64,000 nucleotides of DNA from Anaerolineae bacterium (lineage in GTDB: Bacteria; Chloroflexota; Anaerolineae; J102): positions 1,917 through 65,916 of the forward strand of contig JALXCB010000112.1 of assembly GCA_026991225.1 (NCBI GenBank). The letters run 5' to 3'. How positions within the stretch are numbered: position 1 is the stretch's first letter; each line of letters opens with the position of its first letter. Below, one piece after another: positions 18,424 to 25,707 of the stretch. The notes under the pieces were generated by a model. It did not search any database. It had not been told where the DNA came from and worked only from the letters and a program-made list of their open reading frames with translations. The translations under genes and the position numbers were made by a program.

Positions 18424-18605
18424 AAGACGAGAAAAAGACACGCGATGCAGCGCGGCCGTCACGCAAGCCCTGGATCGAGCCCGCCGTCACTTTCGAGCGC
18501 CCCCTGGAGGTGCACGCGGATGGCCCGCCGGACAAGCGATCGCAACAATCCTTCAGCTTCCTCGGGCCTTTATACGCCTCGCAAAACAGCGGCGTCTGCC
18601 ACTGA
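18420..18605 (+). CDS. 61-aa candidate precursor peptide (hypothetical)
   Basis: ATG overlaps the rSAM stop (ATGA). My count gives GC3 of ~77%, versus ~66% for the overlapping 18445 frame. The ORF ends 8 nt before the signal-peptide start of the next gene. Sequence: MKDEKKTRDAARPSRKPWIEPAVTFERPLEVHADGPPDKRSQQSFSFLGPLYASQNSGVCH. Confidence 0.5.
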   Translation: MKDEKKTRDAARPSRKPWIEPAVTFERPLEVHADGPPDKRSQQSFSFLGPLYASQNSGVCH

Positions 18606-18612
18606 CAGGCGG

Positions 18613-21255
18613 ATGATGAACCAACGTCGATGGGGAACCAGCGCCGGAGCAGCGGCTCTCCTCCTGGCGTGGTGGGTCTGGACCCTGACAGCCTTTCCTG
18701 CGTCCGCCACCGCGGCGACGCCCCAGGCGTTTCGCATCGTCACCCGGCAGGCAGGGCTCTATCACATCACCTACGAGGATTTGCAGCAGGCTGGCGCCGA
18801 CCTGGCCGGGCTCACCCCGGACGCCATCGCCATGACCTACCTGGGACAGCCGGTCGATATCCTCATCATCGGGGGAGAGGATGGGCGTTTCGATCCTGGG
18901 GATGCCGTGCTCTTTTACGCGGCGCCCTATCGCGGACGCTACATGACGGGAAATGTGACCTGGCTTATCCTGGGAGGGGGCCCGGGCGGGCGCATGGCGA
19001 CGCGAGCCCGGCAGCCCGATGGCTCCGAGACCCGGGTGAACGTCATCACCCGCACGTTGCGCCTGGAATACGACCGGGATTATCGCAGCAACTATCATCG
19101 GCCGCGGGATGAAGATCACTGGTTCGATATGCCCCTGAGCGTGGTTGCCTCCTCGCCCGTGGTCACCCGCACCTACCCCTTCACCCTGACGCATCTCGCC
19201 GCGTCAGGCCTGGTAACCATCCGGGCGTTGCTCCACGGCGGACGGAATCAGCCTGCCTCGCCCGATCAATCCCTGGCCCTCACCCTCAACGACCACGCCC
19301 TGGGCCTCTTCCAATGGGATGGCAGCGAGGATTACCTCACTACGGTCGTGACTGAGACCAACGTCTTGCGGGAAGGCGCCAACGCCCTGGACCTGGTGGC
19401 GGGGTTGGACCAGTTCCCCGCGGATGCGGGCGTCGGCAGCTATTGGATTTCGCCCGACTGGGTGGAGATCGACTATCCCGCCCGGGCGTGGGCGCAGAAC
19501 GGGCGTTTATTGGCGCAGGGAATCCCCTCAGGCCCGATGGAAATCGTAGCCGAGGGTTTCCCGTCCTCCGACGTCTGGGCCTTCGACATCACCGATCCCC
19601 GCCACCCTGTGCGCGTGCTCAGCGTTCGGGCGCAAGAGGGCCGCGTTCATCTGTGGGATGACGCGCCCGTCCACGCCCGCTACATCGTCAGCGCTCTCGA
19701 CGCCTTTCTCAGCCCCGTCGCCATCGAGAAGGACCGTCCCTCTCACCTGCGGGAGCCCCGCGGTCATGTGGATTACATCGCCATCGTCCACCGCTCCCTA
19801 TGGGACGCCATCGATCCTTTGCTGGCCCACCGTCGGGCCGAAGGCATGATCGTGGCCAAAGTGGACGTCCAGGATATCTACGACGAATTCAGCTTCGGCC
19901 GGGTGGATCCCGAAGCCATCCGCGATTTTCTGGCTTGCGCGTACGAACACTGGCGCGGCGAGCAAGGGCCGCCCCGCTTCGTCCTCCTGGTGGGAGATGG
20001 CCATTACGATTTTCGCGGGAACTCGGGAACTTCCCTGCCCAACCTCATCCCCCCTTACCTCATCGACGTCGATCCCTGGATCGGCGAGACCGCCGCGGAC
20101 AATCGCTATGTGAGCGTGGACGGGCCCGACAACCTGCCCGACATGAGCATTGGCCGCATCCCCGCCCGCACCCCCGCGGAAGTCGCCGCGGTGGTGGACA
20201 AAATCCTGACCTACGAAGCGGCCCCCGCGGGCGATTGGCAGAAGCGCATCCTGTTCGCGGCGGACCGTGCCACCGATTTCGACGCGGATTTCCCGCGCAT
20301 CAGCGACGCCATTCGCCAGCACTGGCTGCCCCAGGCGTACGATGACCGCCAGCTCTACTATCTGGTGGATGAGCCCGACGCCGCGGCCATGCGCGCCGCG
20401 TTCAAGCGGGCGTTCGACGATCCGCCGTTGATCTTGCAATGGTTCGGCCACGCGTCCCGCTTTCGCTGGGGCTCGGTGAGCATGTTCAACATCTTCGATC
20501 CGCCCGCGCTGACCGAGAACTCGGTCTGGCCCGTGACCTTCACCTACGCCTGTTGGAGCGGCTACTTCATCAATCTCTATCGCGACTGGCAGAGCCTGGG
20601 CGAGACCCTGGTGCTTACCCCCGGCCGCGGCTCGGTGGCCGATCTCTCACCCGCGGGCCTGCATGTGGGCGACAGCCTCACCGCGTTGAATCAGGGCGTC
20701 ATCAAAGCCATCTATCAGGATAAGATCGAACGTCTGGGCCCGGCCATCGATGCGGGCAAACGCCATTTCGCGGCCCACAGCGACGCCTGGCACGACATCA
20801 TCGACACCTCCATCCTCTTCGGCGATCCCGCCTTGCGGCTGCGACGCCCCGAGCATTGGGATTTGGACCGCTCCAACCTGGCGATGAACCCCACGTCCCC
20901 CATCGCCGGGCAGACCCTGACCGCCACCCTGACTGTGCGCAGCGACGCAGCAACGCCCTTGGCGGGCGTCCAGGCCGTCGTCACCTTCGATCCCGCGCTC
21001 CTGAGCGTGGAGGATGCGCCGGGCGCGGAGGTGGAGCCCGGCCGTCTGACCTGGACCCTGACCCTATCGCCAGGCGAAAGCCGACCGCTGCCCTTCTCCT
21101 TGCGCGTCGCCCCTGGATTGGCGGGCGAGGCGAGCGTCCAGGTGCGGGCCGTGATACGTTCCCCGGGCCAGGATGACGTCATCCTGCACCAGACTCTGCA
21201 TCTCCGCGCCGCGGCCTGGCGCGTGTTTTTGCCCTTCACTTTGCAGACGCCATGA
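18613..21255 (+). CDS. secreted peptidase C25 (gingipain/PorU-like) family protein
   Basis: ATG 18613 gives MMNQRRWGTSAGAAALLLAWWVWTLTAFPASA (signal peptide). YIAIVH...RFVLLVGDGHYD, FGHASRF (His) and YACWSGYF (Cys) resemble the C25 catalytic region. Confidence 0.75.
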   Translation: MMNQRRWGTSAGAAALLLAWWVWTLTAFPASATAATPQAFRIVTRQAGLYHITYEDLQQAGADLAGLTPDAIAMTYLGQPVDILIIGGEDGRFDPGDAVLFYAAPYRGRYMTGNVTWLILGGGPGGRMATRARQPDGSETRVNVITRTLRLEYDRDYRSNYHRPRDEDHWFDMPLSVVASSPVVTRTYPFTLTHLAASGLVTIRALLHGGRNQPASPDQSLALTLNDHALGLFQWDGSEDYLTTVVTETNVLREGANALDLVAGLDQFPADAGVGSYWISPDWVEIDYPARAWAQNGRLLAQGIPSGPMEIVAEGFPSSDVWAFDITDPRHPVRVLSVRAQEGRVHLWDDAPVHARYIVSALDAFLSPVAIEKDRPSHLREPRGHVDYIAIVHRSLWDAIDPLLAHRRAEGMIVAKVDVQDIYDEFSFGRVDPEAIRDFLACAYEHWRGEQGPPRFVLLVGDGHYDFRGNSGTSLPNLIPPYLIDVDPWIGETAADNRYVSVDGPDNLPDMSIGRIPARTPAEVAAVVDKILTYEAAPAGDWQKRILFAADRATDFDADFPRISDAIRQHWLPQAYDDRQLYYLVDEPDAAAMRAAFKRAFDDPPLILQWFGHASRFRWGSVSMFNIFDPPALTENSVWPVTFTYACWSGYFINLYRDWQSLGETLVLTPGRGSVADLSPAGLHVGDSLTALNQGVIKAIYQDKIERLGPAIDAGKRHFAAHSDAWHDIIDTSILFGDPALRLRRPEHWDLDRSNLAMNPTSPIAGQTLTATLTVRSDAATPLAGVQAVVTFDPALLSVEDAPGAEVEPGRLTWTLTLSPGESRPLPFSLRVAPGLAGEASVQVRAVIRSPGQDDVILHQTLHLRAAAWRVFLPFTLQTP

Positions 21256-21304
21256 GCCATGCAGAAAGGGTACTTACCGCAGAGAGCGCAGAGGACGCAG
21301 AGTC

Positions 21305-21349
21305 AACTGAACACTGATTACTGATCACTGATAACTGATTACTGATAAC
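21305..21349 (+). repeat. tandem heptad repeat NACTGAT x ~6.5
   Basis: aactgaa cactgat tactgat cactgat aactgat tactgat aac, with exact 7-nt period. Shorter versions occur at 239-262, 3417-3430, 10226-10270, 14111-14139 and (inverted) 6631-6672. Confidence 0.85.
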
Positions 21350-21394
21350 TTTCTCCGCGCCTTCGTGGCTCTATTTACAAAGCTGAATTACACC

Positions 21395-23377
21395 ATGTCT
21401 TCTCACCGCTTTCTCCTGTTTTTACTCATCGCAATCACGGGCCTGATGGTGGTGGCGGGAATCCTGCCCTCATCTGTGCACGCAGCCGATTGCGCCACCG
21501 CCCAAAATGGCGACTGGAACGACCCAAACACCTGGACTGGCTGCAGCGGCGGGACGCCCGGGGCGGGGGATAACGTCAGCATCAGCCATACAGTGACGCT
21601 CACACAAAACGAAAGCGCCGCGAACGTCACCATCAACGCCAGCGGCACGCTGAACCTGGCGGGATACACCCTGGACGTCAAGGGCAATTGGGATAACAGC
21701 CATGGCGGAACCTTCAATCATGAAAATGGCACAGTCCAATTCAGCGCCTCCAGCGGCTCGCAGAGCCTGAGCGGGGACACGACCTTTTGTGACGTCATCA
21801 TGGATCTATCCTCCTATGTGACCTTCGATTGGGGAAGCAACACAACCACTGTCATCGCCGGGAATCTCACTAAACCCAGCGGCGGCACTTTGAACGCTGG
21901 AACCAATACGACGGTTCGCTTCACCGGCGCCTGCAAACCCAATAACACGGCCGCTATCGATGGCGGCGGGGCCAAACGTTTCGTCCATCTCGAAATCGCC
22001 TCGGGGGCGACGGTTCAACATTCAGGAGGCGGTTTATACGTATTTGGCGACTTCACCAATGACGGCGTTTTCTCTCAATCCAGCAGTTCAGGAATCACTT
22101 TCGATGACGACGCCTCCCTTACAAGCCATACGTTATCGGGCAGTGGTTCCACAACTCTTGAAAGCTTGTATGTGGGCGGGGGGGGCAATACACTGACAGC
22201 GCAAGCGGATGTAACCATCCAGGGAGACAATTTCAATGTGGCCAGCGACAGCACATTCGATGGGGGGAGCCATACGGTTACCTTTGATGGCGACACCTCC
22301 CTGGGAGGAGCAGGCGCTTACAATTTTCACAATGTTGTCATCAATTCTGGAAAGACGTTGAATGGCAAAACGGCCGGGGATGGCGTCATCAACGTCTCAG
22401 GAGACTGGACGAACAACGGGACGTTCACGCACAATAACAGCCAGGTCACCTTCGATGGAACGAGCGTACAAACCATTGGCGGCTCCGCGACCACGACATT
22501 TTATGACCTGGTCGTGAACGCCGGGGCGATTGTGGACGCGCCAGCCGCCAATCAGCCTCTGGCTGACAATGATGTCGCCAATAACGGCGAAATGCGCCAG
22601 ACGCGTAGCGTCGGCGGCGCCACATCGTTCCTGCATCTCACCAGCAGCAGCGCCGCCGACAGGTATTTTGGCATGGATTTGGACGGCAGCGTGGGGAGCA
22701 CGGAGGCGGCCATTCGCGGCAATCAGGATTCCTGTCCCAATGTGCCCGCAGGCAGTTATCCCGTGAAACGCTGTTACGCCATCACCCCCGGCAGCGCTGG
22801 CGCGGTCACGGCCAAATTCTACTACGAATATGGCGAATTGCGCTCGGGCCAGGACCCGGCCACCCTGTTCGTGTGGAAGGACAATGGCGACGGCACGTGG
22901 ACCAAGATCACGCCCGACAGCCGCAGCGCCTGCAATACGGACGATATCGGCTGTTCGGTGACGGTGAACAGCCTGTCGCTGGGAACGGGCGTCAACCGCT
23001 TCGTGCTGGCCCACACCAATCCCCAGGCCGTGAGCATGGCCCGGTTCGAGGGGCAATGGTTGCCCACAGGCGGTGCGCTGCTCTCCTGGGAGACGGTCAG
23101 CGAGTTCGATTTGCTGGGCTTCAATCTCTACCGACGGACGTCGGCTGCCCAGCCCTGGAAGAAGCTCAATGATGCGCTCATCCTCAGCCCCTCGCCCGGC
23201 TCCTCCCAGGGGCGCACTTACGCCTGGCGGGATATCGATCCCTCGGAGGGGGCGAGGATCGCCTATCGGTTGGAGTGGGTGGACATGAACGGCGTCGCCT
23301 CGCCCGTGGGAGAAGCGCAGGTCGTCAATCTGTCCGACGAGCTTCCCTATCGAGGCTGGCTTCCCATGCTGCGCTGA
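21395..23377 (+). CDS. secreted repeat protein (beta-helix-like G-x-T/N repeats) with C-terminal Ig/Fn3-like domain
   Basis: ATG 21395 gives MSSHRFLLFLLIAITGLMVVAGILPSSVHA. A ~100-aa unit recurs: (V/I)xGxWxNxGTFxHxNxxVxFxG...Q(S/T)(L/I)xG..TF.D(V/L). The tail reads LSWETVSEFDLLGFNLYRR...WLPMLR. Confidence 0.7.
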   Translation: MSSHRFLLFLLIAITGLMVVAGILPSSVHAADCATAQNGDWNDPNTWTGCSGGTPGAGDNVSISHTVTLTQNESAANVTINASGTLNLAGYTLDVKGNWDNSHGGTFNHENGTVQFSASSGSQSLSGDTTFCDVIMDLSSYVTFDWGSNTTTVIAGNLTKPSGGTLNAGTNTTVRFTGACKPNNTAAIDGGGAKRFVHLEIASGATVQHSGGGLYVFGDFTNDGVFSQSSSSGITFDDDASLTSHTLSGSGSTTLESLYVGGGGNTLTAQADVTIQGDNFNVASDSTFDGGSHTVTFDGDTSLGGAGAYNFHNVVINSGKTLNGKTAGDGVINVSGDWTNNGTFTHNNSQVTFDGTSVQTIGGSATTTFYDLVVNAGAIVDAPAANQPLADNDVANNGEMRQTRSVGGATSFLHLTSSSAADRYFGMDLDGSVGSTEAAIRGNQDSCPNVPAGSYPVKRCYAITPGSAGAVTAKFYYEYGELRSGQDPATLFVWKDNGDGTWTKITPDSRSACNTDDIGCSVTVNSLSLGTGVNRFVLAHTNPQAVSMARFEGQWLPTGGALLSWETVSEFDLLGFNLYRRTSAAQPWKKLNDALILSPSPGSSQGRTYAWRDIDPSEGARIAYRLEWVDMNGVASPVGEAQVVNLSDELPYRGWLPMLR

Positions 23378-23385
23378 CCGAAATC

Positions 23386-24561
23386 ATGCTTGCCGCTCCG
23401 GCTGACGATCCCGTCACCCACTTCCTGATCCTCTGCCTGCGCGGGCGGTTCGATACAGGCGCGTTGGACGAGGCCCGGGATTGGGCGGTCGCTCAGGAAT
23501 TGGATTGGCGGGCCATCGACGATCTGGCCACACGAGCGTCGCTCGCTCCCATCCTCTACGCCCTGCTACGAAAACAGACATGGTTTCCGGCTGATATCCT
23601 CCAACGCTGGCATCGGGCCTATCTGACGACGGCCCTGATCAATACGCTCTCTCTGCTGGAACTGGCGCGAATCGGCGACGCGTTCGGTGAGGCGGGCATT
23701 CCCTTCATCACCCTCAAGGGAGCGGCCCTGCTGGGGCAAGTCTACAAAAATGTCGCTTTGCGCCCGATGGCCGATCTCGATCTCCTGGTTCATCGGGAGC
23801 ACATGGCGCAGGCTTCCGGCATCATCCAGGCCATGGGCTATGCTCCCAACCACGAGGAAGAGCATCCGGGCATGTTTCTGGCCTATGAGAACGAAATCGC
23901 CTTGCAGCGGCCCGGAACGCGCCATACGATGATCGTGGAGCTTCATTGGAGCCTGATCGATTCGCCCTACTATCAGGAACGTCTGCCCATGGCCTGGTTC
24001 TGGAAGACGGTCATCTCCGAACGGGTGGGCGAACTCACCACGCTCATACTGGGGCCCGAAGCAACGCTGCTGCATCTGACCGCCCATCTCATGCTGCATC
24101 ATCAGGGCAAGGGGCTGCGCTGGCTGCATGATATAGCCGAGGTGATATGCCATTTCGACGCCGCGATAGACTGGGATTTGTTGCTGAAGCAGGCGAGCGA
24201 TTTTCGTCTGACGCTGCCCGTGCAACAGGCATTGCCCGTCGTGGCGACGCGCTGGCGTGCGCCTGTCCCGACCGCGGCCTTGGAGGCGCTGGCCCGGCTG
24301 GAAGCCTCGCCCGAAGAGCAACGCATCTTTGCCCAAATGACTCGAGCCAACGCCTCGCCGGGGCGTCGGTTGCTGAGGGATCTTTCAGGCATGTCCGGGC
24401 GTCGCAGGCGGATGCGTTTTTTGTGGTTGAAGTTGTTTCCATCGCCCGCCTACATGCAAAGGCGGTACGGCGTCTCTCATCCCGGTTTGACGCTCTTTTA
24501 CTATCCTTATCGATGGCTGCAGGGACTCACCGACTTGTTCAGAGGAGGGAAGCATGAATGA
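23386..24561 (+). CDS. uncharacterised nucleotidyltransferase (NTP_transf_5-like), copy 2
   Basis: ATG 23386 (MLAAPADDPV...). Shares LKGAALLGQVYKNVALRPMADLDLLVHR, ELHWSLIDSPYYQERL and the FPSPAYMQRRYG tail with copy 1. Confidence 0.75.
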   Translation: MLAAPADDPVTHFLILCLRGRFDTGALDEARDWAVAQELDWRAIDDLATRASLAPILYALLRKQTWFPADILQRWHRAYLTTALINTLSLLELARIGDAFGEAGIPFITLKGAALLGQVYKNVALRPMADLDLLVHREHMAQASGIIQAMGYAPNHEEEHPGMFLAYENEIALQRPGTRHTMIVELHWSLIDSPYYQERLPMAWFWKTVISERVGELTTLILGPEATLLHLTAHLMLHHQGKGLRWLHDIAEVICHFDAAIDWDLLLKQASDFRLTLPVQQALPVVATRWRAPVPTAALEALARLEASPEEQRIFAQMTRANASPGRRLLRDLSGMSGRRRRMRFLWLKLFPSPAYMQRRYGVSHPGLTLFYYPYRWLQGLTDLFRGGKHE

Positions 24562-24856
24562 GGTAAACGCATCGCAAAAAATCGTGTTGACGAAAGACAC
24601 GTTGTTTCAGCCACTTGAGGAGGATGCCGTCCTGCTCAATCTCGAAAGGGAACAATACTTTGGCCTCGATGAAGTGGGCACGCGCATGTTGCAGGTGATG
24701 CTGGAATCCCCCAATCTGGGCGCGGCCTACGAGGCGCTGCTGGCGGAATATGAGGTGACTCCCGGACGGTTGGAAGCGGATATGGCCCGTTTCCTCGATG
24801 AACTGCTGGAAAATGGGCTGGTGAGGGTGTTGCCCGATGGCGACGTTGCAGGATGA
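24554..24856 (+). CDS. PqqD-family protein, copy 2
   Basis: 100 aa, overlapping the upstream gene by 8 nt. LEEDAVLLNLEREQYFGLDEVGTRMLQVM..LGAAYEALLAEYEV is PqqD-like. Confidence 0.75.
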   Translation: MNEVNASQKIVLTKDTLFQPLEEDAVLLNLEREQYFGLDEVGTRMLQVMLESPNLGAAYEALLAEYEVTPGRLEADMARFLDELLENGLVRVLPDGDVAG

Positions 24857-24877
24857 TAGGGCTTTTCCTCTTCGAGT

Positions 24878-25034
24878 GTAACTGCTAACGTACTTGACTT
24901 TAGGCCGCCAAAAGCCACGAAGGCTCGAAGTTTTTCGAAGACACGAAGGAAAAATCAAGGAAAATACGTCGCGCCTTGGCTTTTCTTCGTGCCTTCGTGA
25001 TAAAAACGTCTTGCAGAAGGAGTTGTATAGTTAC
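24878..25034. mobile_element. MITE, type 2 (degenerate right end)
   Basis: GTAACTGCTAACGTACTTGACTTTAGGCCGCCAAAAGCCACGAAGGCTCGAAG... is near-identical to 31786-31931. The right terminus is degraded (TATAGTTAC). No TSD. Confidence 0.65.
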
Positions 25035-25077
25035 GATTACAAAACCATGCCAGGGGAATTCGACGTTTCTATGAGTC

Positions 25078-25221
25078 ATAACTGCTAACGTAGTCCTGTT
25101 CACTCGACACGGATACGAGGAAACACGGATAAAATCTTTTTTGAATGACTTCGCGTCTTCGTTTCCTTCGTGTCTTCGTGGCAAAAGAGGGGCGATTGGG
25201 GCCAACTACCTTAGCAGTTAC
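25078..25221. mobile_element. MITE, type 1, with 8-bp TSD TATGAGTC
   Basis: ATAACTGCTAACG...CCTTAGCAGTTAC. TATGAGTC occurs at 25070-25077 and 25222-25229. Near-identical to 62332-62475. Confidence 0.85.
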
Positions 25222-25707
25222 TATGAGTCGGCTCTACTCCCCGTAGGCGCGTTCCAGATATTTGGCGGACGCACCCTTTCCCATTTATGATTGGACATCT
25301 TTTACCGGATTGTGTTAATATATATCCAAATTTTTTCTTCTCATTTTCGGGTATGTTCAAAATCGCAACTACTCACGTAGCGAGATCAAAAATCACGACG
25401 ACACGAAGGCACGAAGGAGAAAAGTGGCAAGTGGCAGGTAGCAAGTGGCAGGTAGCAAGTGGCAGGTGAGAAACGTCGCTGCTAGAAGAACTTGCGACTT
25501 GCAAACCTGCAAACCTACATTGTCTTCGTCCCCTCCACCTGAGCATAGCTCGGGAGGAGCCGGAGGGGGGCCGAGCCTTCGTGGCAAGGCATTTTCGATG
25601 CCGAACCAGGCTACCTTAGCGGTTACAAGATTAGAGTTACAACTGCGCACATCTCAACTCATTGGAATATCTTGCCAATCTATCTGTTGCGTCCTTAGGA
25701 GGGAGTC

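Noticed and set aside
18445-18612. Upstream extension of the C25 peptidase ORF.
   Set aside because: It would precede the obvious signal peptide (which starts at 18613), has lower GC3 than the overlapping 61-aa frame, and overlaps that candidate peptide gene.
25287-25650. Small ORFs in the 850-bp gap between the second PqqD gene and the second GH gene, considered as alternative precursor peptides.
   Set aside because: The region consists of MITE copies, the 14-nt GCAAGTGGCAGGT tandem repeat and other dispersed modules. The ORFs are repeat translations without RBS or coding bias.
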